From Nitrosopumilus sp. (GTDB lineage Archaea > Thermoproteota > Nitrososphaeria > Nitrososphaerales > Nitrosopumilaceae), in contig OZ242220.1 in assembly GCA_965206745.1 (NCBI GenBank), forward strand, positions 160,001 through 224,000: 64,000 bases of DNA. Direction: 5' to 3'. Below the pieces are notes generated by a model. The model saw only the letters and a program-made list of their open reading frames with translations, was not told where the DNA came from and searched no databases. Positions 1-10,368 of this stretch are shown here, in pieces. Both the position numbers and the translations under genes were made by a program. Each line of letters begins with the position of its first letter. The stretch's first letter is position 1.

Positions 1-288
1 CTCATTCCACGTGCGTATGTTGAAGAGCTGAAGATCTCGTTTGAGAACCTCTCAAAATCCGTAGACTCGGCACTTCGAATCGGGCCTGAGATGAAAAAAT
101 TCATGGATGAGGCCCAAATCTATATGAAGAAGGGAAGGCCTATGGTTCTAATCAGCGGAAGCATATTTGCATCTGCAACTTTTCTCGGATCTGTATTTCT
201 GTACCAGTCAAATGAGTTACTTGGATTGGTCGGCATGGCCAGTTCTGGTTTGATTATGGCAGCTTCGGGATTTTTTAGAAAGCACTAG
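1..288 (+). CDS. C-terminal part of a membrane-anchored protein, probably ABC1/UbiB (AarF) kinase family (partial, begins before window)
   Basis: Frame 1 is open from base 1 (LIPRAYVEELK...) and ends in two hydrophobic helices typical of UbiB-family C-termini; the family call rests on this tail and recalled synteny with Hsp20. Confidence 0.55.
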   Translation, partial: LIPRAYVEELKISFENLSKSVDSALRIGPEMKKFMDEAQIYMKKGRPMVLISGSIFASATFLGSVFLYQSNELLGLVGMASSGLIMAASGFFRKH

Positions 289-291
289 ATG

Positions 292-669
292 CTATTCTAT
301 TGTAATATCCCTGCCTTGCTTTACCACTGGTATGATCAATGTAAGAATGCCATCCTTGTACTTTGCAGATTCAATCTTTTCCTCGCCTGGCTTAATTTGT
401 ATGGGAAGTCTGATCTTTTTATCAATCAGGTTTGGTCTCTGGTTTGAAATCAATGTTGCAGATTCCTCATCAACTGCCTTCTTTGCATTGATGGAAAGAA
501 TATCCCCGCACAAGGACAGCTCTATCTCATTTTTTGCAAATCCTGGAATGTCAATTACGACTTTGAGATTCTTATCGTCAAGATACATGTCGATTGGAGG
601 CAAAACAAACTCATAGAATTCCCTTGACTTGTTTCCAATCTCTTTGATTACATCCTTTACAAATCCCAT
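292..669 (-). CDS. Small heat-shock protein (Hsp20/alpha-crystallin family)
   Basis: PPIDMY...VVIDIPG...AKYKDGILTLIIP alpha-crystallin signature. Confidence 0.9.
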   Translation of the reverse strand: MGFVKDVIKEIGNKSREFYEFVLPPIDMYLDDKNLKVVIDIPGFAKNEIELSLCGDILSINAKKAVDEESATLISNQRPNLIDKKIRLPIQIKPGEEKIESAKYKDGILTLIIPVVKQGRDITIE

Positions 670-839
670 TTTGTGTTATGTGCTCAATTTTTGGTTATAA
701 ACCTTGATGGGATTCGGCCTAGTCTGTTTAGCACACTTGGTCTCAAAGTAATCACATGCCTGAAGACTGCACAAACAGTAACTATGAATTATTTACAATT
801 TTGGGATCCTCAAGTTTATTAACAATTAATGATTTTCCA

Positions 840-947
840 ATGTACTGCCAGTATTGTCCTGCAGGACTTTGTCTGAAGCGGGGTAGCAAGGCTGGTGCTC
901 ATTATATTTTCCAAGTGTGCCATGTCCAAGTTCATGTTAAAGATTGA
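840..947 (+). CDS. Possible 35-aa Cys/His-rich small protein
   Basis: MYCQYCPAGLCLKRG...CHVQVHVKD; TTTATTAA box about 20-25 nt upstream. Confidence 0.3.
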   Translation: MYCQYCPAGLCLKRGSKAGAHYIFQVCHVQVHVKD

Positions 948-1120
948 GGAAATTCTGAGTTAATTTGGGTTTCCTGTAGTGTGCAAGAGTTACATGCGTC
1001 TAGTTTCTTTTGCCTCGGCAAGTCTGATATGATATTCTAGTGTTTGTGCGTGGGTGTTGGTGGGAGATTTGCAGGATCTTGATAGATTTTTAATCAATTG
1101 CTTTCCTAGTTTTGATGACT

Positions 1121-1723
1121 ATGATTATTGTAATTGAAGGTGGGGATCAGGCAGGAAAGCTAACACAGTCCACCCTATTAGAAAAAGCGCTAAAAAGACG
1201 AAAAATCAAAACAAAACTATTCCATTTTCCTGATTATACAACTCCGATTGGCAAGGAGATCAGAAAATATCTGGATGGAAAACGAAAATTTCCCCCCCAA
1301 GTAATTCATTGTCTGCTGGCAGCAAACAGATGGGAGAGACTTGATGCCATTTTGGCTGCAGAGGAGAAAAATTCCGTCCTGATTATGAATAGATATTACC
1401 ACTCTAATCTGGTTTATGGGATAACAAATGGCTTGAAACAAAAATGGCTTGAGGGCCTAGATGAGGGTCTGCCAAAAGCTGATCTTGTTATTTTACTTGA
1501 CGTTACACAGCAAGAATCTTTCTCAAGATCCCCCAGAAATGAGAAAGGCAAAGTCATGAAAAGAGACAAGTTTGAAAAAAACGAAGAGTTTTCAAGAAAG
1601 ATTTCCAGGACTTACAAAGTCATTGCCAAGAAGAAACGGTGGAAGATAATTAATGCCACCAAATCTAAAGAGGACGTACATGAAGAGATTCTAAAAATAT
1701 TTTCAAAGAAGCTGGGACTATGA
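1121..1723 (+). CDS. tmk: Thymidylate (dTMP) kinase
   Basis: IVIEGGDQAGKLTQ P-loop, FP motif, NRY, PKADLVILLD. Confidence 0.95.
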   Translation: MIIVIEGGDQAGKLTQSTLLEKALKRRKIKTKLFHFPDYTTPIGKEIRKYLDGKRKFPPQVIHCLLAANRWERLDAILAAEEKNSVLIMNRYYHSNLVYGITNGLKQKWLEGLDEGLPKADLVILLDVTQQESFSRSPRNEKGKVMKRDKFEKNEEFSRKISRTYKVIAKKKRWKIINATKSKEDVHEEILKIFSKKLGL

Positions 1724-2955
1724 AGAAAAACTATCTGGACATCGTTGATCCAATCCATGACTTTATTCGTGTCTATGACCACGAGCTTCCAATAATTGAC
1801 AATCCCCTTTTTCAAAGATTGAGAAGGATAAAGCAGCTTTCCGGCGCACATCTGACGTATCCTGCGGCCCAACACAGCAGGTTTGAGCACTCCTTAGGGG
1901 TGATGCACATTGCCAGTCAGGCCGGTTTCTCATTAAATGAAAAAGGATTCTTAAATTCCGATGACGTCCAAATTTTGCGCATCGCAGGCCTATTACATGA
2001 CATTGGTCATGGACCTTTCTCCCATCTCTTTGAGGAGATAATACAGGCAAAGAAAATCTCACATGAGGACTATGGAAAAAAGATCATCCTGAATTCTGAG
2101 ATCGGCGACATACTGTCAAAGACCGGATTTGACAAAAGACTGGTTGCTAAAATTGCATTTGGAGAATCAAAGCTCCAGTATCTAAATGAAATTATTTCAG
2201 GAGCTCTGAGTGCAGACATGATGGATTATCTGCTCAGGGATGGTTATTTTACCGGGGCAGAACATGCAAAAGTGGATCACAAAAGAATCACGCAGTCCCT
2301 TGATATCCACAAGAAAAAACTTGCCTTGGAGCGTTCGGCACTTTATTCCTTTGAATCCATGATGCACTCCCGATATCAAATGTTCAAGGCAGTATACTTT
2401 CACAAGACTGTACGTGCAGCAGAGGTAATGCTTATTGAGGCACTGAGGCTGTCTGATGACGAGTTTGGCTTTACATCGTTTAATCTGAATGAATTTGTCA
2501 AGTTGACTGACGAGTACGTCTTGTCGTCTCTGATCTCCTCAAAATCCCCCAAGCTAAAGCGGGCAAGACGATTCGCAGAGGACTATCAGAATAGAAAACT
2601 GCTAAAATGCGTATTTGAGAGAATACTTACCACCCAAACTAACTTGAAGAAGACCAGAACCGACGAACTCCGAATCGAGATCTCCAAAAAATCCAAGGTC
2701 GACGAAAATGATATCTTTGTGGACAGTTCTGTCACCCCCTCCATCCCGCTTGCCCCCTCAAAGAACGAGTCAAAATCGATTATCTTGATAACAAACGAGG
2801 GCACAAAGTCTTCGGCAAAAGAGATGCCAATTTCTGAAATACCAGTGGTTTCTGCGATTTCTGGATTTATGAACATACTTAGAATCTATACTAGTCAGAA
2901 GAACAGAAAAAAAGTTGAAATTGCCGCAAAATCAATACTTGGTACCCTAAAATGA
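1720..2955 (+). CDS. HD-domain phosphohydrolase (dNTP triphosphohydrolase/SAMHD1-like family)
   Basis: [44 protein letters not shown]; overlaps the tmk stop. Confidence 0.9.
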   Translation: MKKNYLDIVDPIHDFIRVYDHELPIIDNPLFQRLRRIKQLSGAHLTYPAAQHSRFEHSLGVMHIASQAGFSLNEKGFLNSDDVQILRIAGLLHDIGHGPFSHLFEEIIQAKKISHEDYGKKIILNSEIGDILSKTGFDKRLVAKIAFGESKLQYLNEIISGALSADMMDYLLRDGYFTGAEHAKVDHKRITQSLDIHKKKLALERSALYSFESMMHSRYQMFKAVYFHKTVRAAEVMLIEALRLSDDEFGFTSFNLNEFVKLTDEYVLSSLISSKSPKLKRARRFAEDYQNRKLLKCVFERILTTQTNLKKTRTDELRIEISKKSKVDENDIFVDSSVTPSIPLAPSKNESKSIILITNEGTKSSAKEMPISEIPVVSAISGFMNILRIYTSQKNRKKVEIAAKSILGTLK

Positions 2956-3635
2956 AAAAACGAATTGTAATCAAACTATCTGGACGAGTCTTTGGCATCG
3001 ATAACGTCAAAATCCTAAAAGATTACGCCACATTTCTGGTAAAGATTAGCAAGTTCTGCCAACCCATCATAATTGCCGGTGGGGGCAACATCGCACGGCA
3101 CTATATCTCCCATGCACGGTCTTCGGGAGCTGATGAATCCACCCTGGATGAACTGGGGATTGAGGTTTCAAGGCTCAATGCAAAATTACTGATTTATGCC
3201 CTAAAGAGCAAAGCATACTCACATCCCCCAACCACATTACAGGAAGTAAGACATGCCGTAGATGACGGACTGATTGTAGTAGCCGGAGGTCTTCATCCTG
3301 GTCAAAGCACTAATGGTACTGCAGCATTGATCGCAGAAAAGGTACAAGCTGAGCAGTTTCTCAATGCGACTGATGTTGACGGGGTTTATGATATGGATCC
3401 CAACAAGTTCAAAAAGGCAAAAAAATTCAAGCGCATAGAGATGAAAAATTTGAAAAACATGCTAGTACATGAGGATTCTGTAGCAGGCGGCTATGATCTG
3501 ATGGACATCGTCGCCCTTAAAATCATTGAACGCTCAAAGATAAAAACAAGAATCCTAAAGGCGGACACGAAAATTATTGAAAGGGCAATCAAGGGCGATG
3601 ACGTCGGCACTGAAATCATACTTCCTTCAAAATAG
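2952..3635 (+). CDS. pyrH: UMP kinase
   Basis: [30 protein letters not shown]. Confidence 0.95.
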   Translation: MKKRIVIKLSGRVFGIDNVKILKDYATFLVKISKFCQPIIIAGGGNIARHYISHARSSGADESTLDELGIEVSRLNAKLLIYALKSKAYSHPPTTLQEVRHAVDDGLIVVAGGLHPGQSTNGTAALIAEKVQAEQFLNATDVDGVYDMDPNKFKKAKKFKRIEMKNLKNMLVHEDSVAGGYDLMDIVALKIIERSKIKTRILKADTKIIERAIKGDDVGTEIILPSK

Positions 3636-3992
3636 TCAGTCAGAAGAGTCGTTTTGAATTGTGGGCCTACTTTGGGACCAAATTTGAATTTCATTTTTCG
3701 GATATTCTACAATTCCAGCATCTAAAAGTTTCTTGTAAATTGCTAGGGCCTCCTCCCTTTCCACGGCCTTGGATTGAGCCTTTGTATACCCGTCACCATC
3801 CACTATTATGGCCACATGGCCATCTTCGGAGCTGATCACTGCGGTAAACTCTTCCTCTCCAACTGGCTGAAATTTACCGTCGATCTTTTTGGTTGTCAAA
3901 GTTAGCATGCCAAATCCGGCAACCTCAAACATCTTCATCTGTGACTTGCCTGCTCTCTGCTTTCCCTGTTGTACTGCCTGAAAGTACTGCAT
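3636..3992 (-). CDS. Hypothetical protein
   Basis: ORF from MQYFQAVQQGK; start chosen to avoid overlap with the divergent gene. Confidence 0.7.
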   Translation of the reverse strand: MQYFQAVQQGKQRAGKSQMKMFEVAGFGMLTLTTKKIDGKFQPVGEEEFTAVISSEDGHVAIIVDGDGYTKAQSKAVEREEALAIYKKLLDAGIVEYPKNEIQIWSQSRPTIQNDSSD

Positions 3993-4062
3993 GATCTCTT
4001 CTTCTTGCAATGATATAATAACCATCTCAACATTTAAGACATCAAGAGGAGATGCAGAAACT

Positions 4063-4617
4063 ATGAATCCTAGAATTTTTGTCGGTGTGGCAGTTGCAGC
4101 GCTTGTTGTAATTCTAGGCGGAATTCTCTTAATAGGACCTACAATTGTCATTCCCACCGGAAATGATCCGTTTCAACCTCAAGGCATTCCAGAGGTACAG
4201 CCGCTACAGATTGAATTAGAAGACATCTCAATATCCAAAATTTCAGAGCGATCAGCAACCATCGAGCTGGCCTTCAAGCTCTCAAACCCGAATCCACGTG
4301 CCATGATTGTGCAAACAATGGACTATCAATTATTTGAAACAGGCTATTCTGAGACTGAACAAATTACCGGTGGTGAAATCGGCAGCAGGCCTCAAGGAAT
4401 GCTGGAGTTTGGCTCAAACTACTATACGCTTCTTGGAGAAAACTCGATCGTCCTTAGAGATTCCAAGACAATAAGGAATACTGGAAATACTGTGGATTTA
4501 TGGAAGGTATTTGAGGATGATACTGCTTCCTGGAGGGTATCTGGTGACGTATTTTACAATCTCAGCTCTATGACTAGCGGTCAAGAAAATGAGCTTCATT
4601 TTGAATTTACAAGGTAA
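4063..4617 (+). CDS. Membrane-anchored hypothetical protein (possible LEA_2/WHy-like domain)
   Basis: N-terminal TM helix followed by ATIELAFKLSNPNP motif. Confidence 0.7.
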   Translation: MNPRIFVGVAVAALVVILGGILLIGPTIVIPTGNDPFQPQGIPEVQPLQIELEDISISKISERSATIELAFKLSNPNPRAMIVQTMDYQLFETGYSETEQITGGEIGSRPQGMLEFGSNYYTLLGENSIVLRDSKTIRNTGNTVDLWKVFEDDTASWRVSGDVFYNLSSMTSGQENELHFEFTR

Positions 4618-4715
4618 ACTAGATAGTATCATAAAATTTGAAAATCATGATAATATGTTTTTAGAGTAAAAATATTGGCAAAGTTATAAAAGCTCGTTTC
4701 ATTGTTTTTTAACAA

Positions 4716-4826
4716 ATGGCAGAAGCAGGTATGGCCGCATTTGGCGCAGCAGCAGGAGTCGCAATTGCACTTGCAGTAGTGTGTTTCGCTCTTCGTGGTA
4801 AAGGACATCCGGAACCACTCGACTAA
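4716..4826 (+). CDS. 36-aa single-TM small protein (not in ORF track)
   Basis: MAEAGMAAFGAAAGVAIALAVVCFALRGKGHPEPLD*; TTATAAAA box at ~4684-4691, T-rich tract downstream. Confidence 0.65.
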   Translation: MAEAGMAAFGAAAGVAIALAVVCFALRGKGHPEPLD

Positions 4827-4864
4827 AAGGAATTTTTCCTTTACAACATTTTTCTGATTCTTTA

Positions 4865-5512
4865 CTAATCTTTCTTGCCAAACCCTAGCATCTCAGCTAG
4901 GTCTAGCTGCTTGGCATTCTTCTTTTTCATGAAACATCTTTCATAATACTGACAGTCCGAGCACTCAGTTGACGGCTCTAGGATGGGGGTTTTTTGCTCT
5001 TTTAGAAGATCGTTTAGGACTCGGACTCTTCGGATAACCTCCTCAAACATCTTTTTATTTCGTGAAATTGAAAACGAGGTCTCCTTTCTATCTCCAGATA
5101 TGTATACGATAATTCCATCTGGCTTGTCATAAATCCACATGCATGCATTAAGGTAAAGAACGTCATTTGCAAGGGGATTTTCCAGCTCGGCTGTCGCCCC
5201 TCTAAATAAGAAGATGGAGTCATCAATTAGCATGTCAACTTGGCCCCTTAGCTTGACATCATCAATGTCAAATTCCTTCGGATCACTTCCGTACTGTAAA
5301 TTTCTGAGCAATCCTGAGAGGAGCTCATTGAATCCCTTTCTCTGTACTTCTTTGGGATCGATTCTGTCATAGTATGACTTTCTTAGGCATTGTACGACCT
5401 CATGAAGATGTATGGTCTGAATATCTGCCGAATCAATATTGATCTCCAGCTCTTTTCCTATGGAGTCTATTGCATTTTCAACGGTGCTTCGAAAATCCCT
5501 ATCTCCCATCAT
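4865..5512 (-). CDS. Solo Cas4-like / PD-(D/E)xK Fe-S protein
   Basis: N-terminal C (QCLRKSYY), GQVD motif II, C-terminal PxxxCxxCxYxxxC; no CRISPR array or other cas genes in the window. Confidence 0.75.
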   Translation of the reverse strand: MMGDRDFRSTVENAIDSIGKELEINIDSADIQTIHLHEVVQCLRKSYYDRIDPKEVQRKGFNELLSGLLRNLQYGSDPKEFDIDDVKLRGQVDMLIDDSIFLFRGATAELENPLANDVLYLNACMWIYDKPDGIIVYISGDRKETSFSISRNKKMFEEVIRRVRVLNDLLKEQKTPILEPSTECSDCQYYERCFMKKKNAKQLDLAEMLGFGKKD

Positions 5513-5542
5513 GATACATCACTATCCTTTATTCTCTGATAT

Positions 5543-5779
5543 TTAGCTCATAAGTTTTGTTATTACTTTTGAGATCCTTCCTGAGAAGGCAAGTATGACA
5601 AAATGGAGCCCAAAACCGATGATCGCCCCGATGATGAGCTGGCCTGTCAGAAGATAAATTCCCAGAAATACTGCCAATGGGGGCAGGGCAAAGATCATGG
5701 CTAAAAATGAGCTAACCCAGATGAATCTGATTAGTAATTCTATGGAAATCTCGTTCTTTTTCTTTTTAAAGTTAAACAT
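5543..5779 (-). CDS. Small two-TM hypothetical protein
   Basis: 78-aa ORF, two hydrophobic segments, co-oriented downstream of atpC. Confidence 0.7.
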   Translation of the reverse strand: MFNFKKKKNEISIELLIRFIWVSSFLAMIFALPPLAVFLGIYLLTGQLIIGAIIGFGLHFVILAFSGRISKVITKLMS

Positions 5780-5789
5780 TTCAAAAATC

Positions 5790-6827
5790 CTATTCTTGTT
5801 CTAGGATCAACTTTGACATTGTGGTCTCAGTTGGGATCTTTTGTTCAACAGCAAAGGCAATTGCCGCCAGATTTCTAATCTCAAATGAGGTTAATTTTGT
5901 AATTCCAACTATTGTTGCAAAGCTGAACATCTTTGTAAACGATCTAAGCGATGAGGTGTATATTGACAACTCAAAGGCCCTTTCAAATTCGGCAATTGCG
6001 TCTAGCTCATTTTCAACTTGTGGAACCAAGTCTTTGTATTTCGTACTTGACAACTCGTTGAACGCATCCTTGACCGTAGCTGCTGCCATCATTCTTGCTA
6101 GCAGTTCCTTGGCAGGCAGACTGGTGTTAATCACCAAATCCTGAATCTGCTCCACTTGCAGTTCCCAGAATTTTCCCCGAATCACACTTAGAATGTTGTA
6201 AAAGTCAATGTCCATTGAGACAATCTTTGTTGCCTCCTTGTCCGAATAACTCCTCATTGCGCTAGCTAGATGCTGGAACAATATCTTGTCAAAATACGTG
6301 TCAAAGATCTGCAAGTTTTTCTTTTCATTGTATAGTGCGGCAGCCTTTGTAATTTCATCTGCAAATTTAACTGAATTCAAACTTGCCACTGCCTCTTCAA
6401 AATCCTTGGCAACTAGTGCTTTGACGATGACATCCCTTTGCTTGATCAACCCCTCTGCATGAAGATTGACATGAGATTCGATCTCCTCCTGAGACTTTCC
6501 TAGGATCTTGCCTTTTAAAATTAGTTTTAGATTTGAGACGATAAATCTCATATAGTATGCATCCAATACCCCGGAATTTCCCGAAGTCTTTGCAATGGAA
6601 TGATGAATATCTGCCAATTTGCTTCTAAGTGCCGATTCGATGTTTTGTGAAGAATATGGTTTTTGGACATCTGCCACTGCATCTGCGTATACGGTGTTCT
6701 TGATCCTAGTCATTAATTCCTCCAAATCCCTAGATTCGGCAAGGGTCTGGTAATCTCCTCTTGCCAGCAGTTTGCCTCGTTTACTGTATGATTTTACAGA
6801 GGCATAGACATTCTTAGAGCCACCCAT
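5790..6827 (-). CDS. atpC: A/V-type ATP synthase subunit C
   Basis: YASVKSYSKRGKLL, DIDFYNILSVIRGK, EIRNL motifs of the vATP-synt_AC39 family. Confidence 0.9.
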   Translation of the reverse strand: MGGSKNVYASVKSYSKRGKLLARGDYQTLAESRDLEELMTRIKNTVYADAVADVQKPYSSQNIESALRSKLADIHHSIAKTSGNSGVLDAYYMRFIVSNLKLILKGKILGKSQEEIESHVNLHAEGLIKQRDVIVKALVAKDFEEAVASLNSVKFADEITKAAALYNEKKNLQIFDTYFDKILFQHLASAMRSYSDKEATKIVSMDIDFYNILSVIRGKFWELQVEQIQDLVINTSLPAKELLARMMAAATVKDAFNELSSTKYKDLVPQVENELDAIAEFERAFELSIYTSSLRSFTKMFSFATIVGITKLTSFEIRNLAAIAFAVEQKIPTETTMSKLILEQE

Positions 6828-6890
6828 TTCGATCAATCTTCTCTAGGCAACTGATTTTAATGTTTGGCGATCTGTTAGTGAGGACAAACC

Positions 6891-7559
6891 CTACGTTATT
6901 TTATCTAAAAATACCAGCGCTCTGTCTTTTTCCTGTTTTGATAGTTTTACAAAGGCAGAAAGAATCTCTTTTTGAATAATCAGGGATTCGTCAGAGATAC
7001 CCTGTAATTTTGTGAGATCAAAAGGGAGCAACTCTATAATTTCATTTTTGCAAAAAGCCTTGACATATTTTTGAAAGATCGAATATGTGAAAATGGGGCT
7101 TGTCTTTACAAGATTGGTCAGGATCTTCTCAAACTCTCTTTCTTTATCTTCGGATTTTGAGAAGAACTCGGTGAGTAAATTCTCTCGATTTTTGCATTCG
7201 TTAATTGATAATGCTACCAAGATCCCTTTCTTTGTCAGGTGGTAGTATGGAATTCCCTTTTCCTGTAGTGCTTTTGGACCTCGTTTCAGAGGCAATCTGC
7301 CATCCTCTTCTGCAATACCCATAGGAAGCAGGATCTCGTCTAGATCGCGAAATATTCCTGAGTAGATGTTTTTCCATGCAATATCTGCTTTTTTTGCCAT
7401 TATTTGGGAGATTCCAGTCCTTGTTCTCTCTGCTGGATTTGCATTACTGCCCAGTATGGAGATGATTGCCCTCTGCCTGTTTGCCTCTCCCGTAAGATCG
7501 CTATCTCTTGTTTTGAACGTATCAAAAATTGCCAATTTTGTGCCTGATTTGACTTTCAT
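6891..7559 (-). CDS. Hypothetical protein with probable winged-helix domain, divergent from amt
   Basis: RTRTGISQIMAK helix and PYYHLTKKG wing-like motif. Confidence 0.7.
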   Translation of the reverse strand: MKVKSGTKLAIFDTFKTRDSDLTGEANRQRAIISILGSNANPAERTRTGISQIMAKKADIAWKNIYSGIFRDLDEILLPMGIAEEDGRLPLKRGPKALQEKGIPYYHLTKKGILVALSINECKNRENLLTEFFSKSEDKEREFEKILTNLVKTSPIFTYSIFQKYVKAFCKNEIIELLPFDLTKLQGISDESLIIQKEILSAFVKLSKQEKDRALVFLDKIT

Positions 7560-7654
7560 CTGTATACTCCTATCATAATATCCATATTTTATGTTATTAT
7601 CAGAATACACTAAAATATAATAATTTACTTTTTTGTATGCTTTTTGGTCTCGAA

Positions 7655-7665
7655 TGCTTAAATAA
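7655..7665 (+). promoter_or_regulatory. Putative archaeal TATA box of amt
   Basis: CTTAAATA about 23-30 nt upstream of ATG 7687, consistent with a leaderless transcript. Confidence 0.45.
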
Positions 7666-7686
7666 TTTTCAATTTCGATAAATTTA

Positions 7687-9246
7687 ATGAATTCTAGAAA
7701 CTACAAGTATGCTCTATTACTTGTAGCCGCAGTATCTATCACAGCAGTCGGTGCTATGTCTCAGGCATACGCACAAAGTGTTAATGATGGTATGGACGGA
7801 TATGTCAAAGGAACCAGTGGAATCTACACTGGCAATCCTAACGAATGTTGGTATGAAGAAGATGGCGGCATGCTACCCTGTAAAATTGATACAGGTGACA
7901 CAGCATGGATGCTTACAGCAACATCTTTGGTACTCTTCATGTCCCCAGGCGTCGGCTTCTTTTATGGCGGTTTAGCCAGATCAAAGAACGTCGTCAACGT
8001 ACTTGGTATGACCCTGATCGTAATGGGTCTAATGTCAGTACAATGGGTTCTGTGGGGTTACTCGCTAGCATTCGGTGGAATTGATTCAGATGCAAACATG
8101 TTCATGGGAAATCTCGATTATGTCGGATTTAACATGGTATCACCATACGCACCGTTAGGTGAAGCAGGTCCATGTGGAGACACATGGTCAGCAGCTTACC
8201 AAATGAATGCGATGGTTGATGGAGATGTTTGTAGTCAAGGTTGGCCTGGTACAGTACCTCACCAACTATTTGCAATGTTCCAAGCAACATTTGCAATAAT
8301 CACACCAGTTCTAATCATTGGTGGATTAATTGACAGAATCAAATTCAGCGCATTGATCATATTCGTTCTCTTATGGGGAACCTTCGTTTACGACCCAATA
8401 GCACACTGGGTCTGGGGAGGAGGATACATAGGAGGAGGCGCACTTGACCTCGATCCAGATCTATCACCGAGCTACGCTTTAGACTTTGCAGGTGGTACTG
8501 TAGTACACATTTCTTCAGGATTTGCTGCATTGGCAGGAGCCCTAGTCCTTGGCAGAAGACTTGGATACGGCAAAGTGCCAATGGAACCACACAATATCCC
8601 GATGGTAGTCCTCGGAGCAGGAATACTCTGGTTTGGATGGTTTGGTTTCAACGCAGGAAGTGAAGTTATGGTAGACGGCATTACCGTCAGCGCATGGACT
8701 GTTACAAATACAGCGGCTGGTATGGCTGCAATAACTTGGGTGCTCATGTCTTGGGCACATACAGGAAAACCAAGTATTGTTGGAGCTGCATCAGGTGCAG
8801 TAGCAGGATTGGTAGCAATCACACCGGCCTCAGGCTGGGTAGGTCCAATGGCTGCGATTATAATCGGTATTGCAGCTGGTACAATTTGTTATGCAAGTAT
8901 CGCACTCAAGAGTGCACGCAAATGGGACGACGCATTAGATGTATGGGGAGTACACGGAATGGGTGGTCTTACAGGTGCAATTTTGACTGGTACATTGGCT
9001 AGTCCACACATCTGGGATACCGGAGACGGTATCGGTGCATGGACTGGTACAGCAGAAGGAATGGAACAGCAAGCAATCAGCATCATCGCCGCTGCAATGT
9101 CAGTAGCCTATGCATTTGGTGTTACGATCGTAATCCTCAAAGTAATGGATGCCGTATGGCCGGGCGGAATCAGAGTCACTCCTAAAGAAGAGGAGATTGG
9201 TCTCGATTTGGCACAGCATGGCGAAAGAGCATACGTTAACGAATAG
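7687..9246 (+). CDS. amt: Ammonium transporter (Amt family)
   Basis: DTAWML, FQATFA, DFAGGTVVH, WFGWFGFNAGS, DDALDVWGVHG, EEEIGLD. Confidence 0.97.
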   Translation: MNSRNYKYALLLVAAVSITAVGAMSQAYAQSVNDGMDGYVKGTSGIYTGNPNECWYEEDGGMLPCKIDTGDTAWMLTATSLVLFMSPGVGFFYGGLARSKNVVNVLGMTLIVMGLMSVQWVLWGYSLAFGGIDSDANMFMGNLDYVGFNMVSPYAPLGEAGPCGDTWSAAYQMNAMVDGDVCSQGWPGTVPHQLFAMFQATFAIITPVLIIGGLIDRIKFSALIIFVLLWGTFVYDPIAHWVWGGGYIGGGALDLDPDLSPSYALDFAGGTVVHISSGFAALAGALVLGRRLGYGKVPMEPHNIPMVVLGAGILWFGWFGFNAGSEVMVDGITVSAWTVTNTAAGMAAITWVLMSWAHTGKPSIVGAASGAVAGLVAITPASGWVGPMAAIIIGIAAGTICYASIALKSARKWDDALDVWGVHGMGGLTGAILTGTLASPHIWDTGDGIGAWTGTAEGMEQQAISIIAAAMSVAYAFGVTIVILKVMDAVWPGGIRVTPKEEEIGLDLAQHGERAYVNE

Positions 9247-9254
9247 AAAAAACC

Positions 9255-9276
9255 CTTTTTTCTTCTTTTTATTTTA
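9255..9276 (+). terminator. Oligo-T terminator after amt
   Basis: T-rich run just after the stop codon. Confidence 0.45.
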
Positions 9277-9314
9277 ATCCAAATGAATTTACATTTGATC
9301 ATTTTATACAAATC

Positions 9315-10091
9315 ATGCTAATCTCTACAAATGAGCTTGATTTGATTCTCGATGATCCTGACGTCATCTTGGCTGATACGCGCTCCTTCAAGGAATATTC
9401 GGAAGGACACATTCCGGGGGCCGTTCATTTGGATCTATTTGCATTCCATTGGATTGATACAACACCAGAGGGAATCAAGAACTTTGATGGTCAGGCCCAA
9501 AACCTCCTCTCATTTCTGGGAGTGACACCGGAGAAAAGAGTCATCTTTTACGACTCAGTTTCTGGAATGCTTGCAGCTAGAGGCGTTTGGATGCTGATGT
9601 ATTTTTCACATCAAAACGTCTCAATGCTTGACGGAGGGATAACAAAATGGAGAGAGGAAAATCTTTTGCTTGAGACAAAGCCGAATGGTTTTCAGCCGTC
9701 TAAATTTTCAGGAAAAGTCAATCCTGCGATTATTTCAGGATTTGAGTACGTTCGGGATAATCTCGAAAACATAAAAATTCTTGATGCCCGTTCCATCGGA
9801 GAGTATGATGGAAGCACGGTCCGCGCTGCCCAGTCTGGGCATATTCCAAATGCAATAAACGTTGACTGGAGCCAGAATCTCAACGTGGATGGCACTTTCA
9901 AAAATGACGATGAGTTATCCAAGATGTATGATTATCCAAAAGACTCTGAAATCATCACCTACTGTCAAGGTGCATACAGGGCCGCCAACTCGTTTTTGGT
10001 TTTGAAAAAGCTTGGATTTGAGAATGTTCGGGTCTATCTTGGCTCTTGGGGAGAATGGGGAAACAGGCTGGAACTCCCAGTAGAGAAATAG
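9315..10091 (+). CDS. Thiosulfate sulfurtransferase (tandem rhodanese)
   Basis: GHIPGAV, LDGG, GHIPNA, active loop YCQGAYRA, YLGSWGEW. Confidence 0.92.
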   Translation: MLISTNELDLILDDPDVILADTRSFKEYSEGHIPGAVHLDLFAFHWIDTTPEGIKNFDGQAQNLLSFLGVTPEKRVIFYDSVSGMLAARGVWMLMYFSHQNVSMLDGGITKWREENLLLETKPNGFQPSKFSGKVNPAIISGFEYVRDNLENIKILDARSIGEYDGSTVRAAQSGHIPNAINVDWSQNLNVDGTFKNDDELSKMYDYPKDSEIITYCQGAYRAANSFLVLKKLGFENVRVYLGSWGEWGNRLELPVEK

Positions 10092-10368
10092 ATTTCATTG
10101 CGGTTCTGTGAATCTATCGGATGTTGAAATACGGTTCTTATTTCGATTCAAGAATCTTCTCAAACTTGTAATTTTATCCAATCATTGCGTGTAAAACACC
10201 AAATACAGATCTTATTGTTGCTGCAGACGGCCTGAAATGTTTTGAGCCTTGGGATCTGGTGTTACAGGATTAAATACATCCTCCAAAGTTCTAATGATGA
10301 TTGTCCGGACAAATTATCTTTTGTGTTGCAGTTGGTCTTCCCTCAAAGCAACCCTCGGAGAGGAGAAA

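Noticed and set aside
4865-5512. CRISPR-Cas locus suggested by the Cas4-like gene
   Set aside because: No repeat-spacer array or other cas genes in the window; all tandem repeats are in-frame coding repeats without unique spacers.
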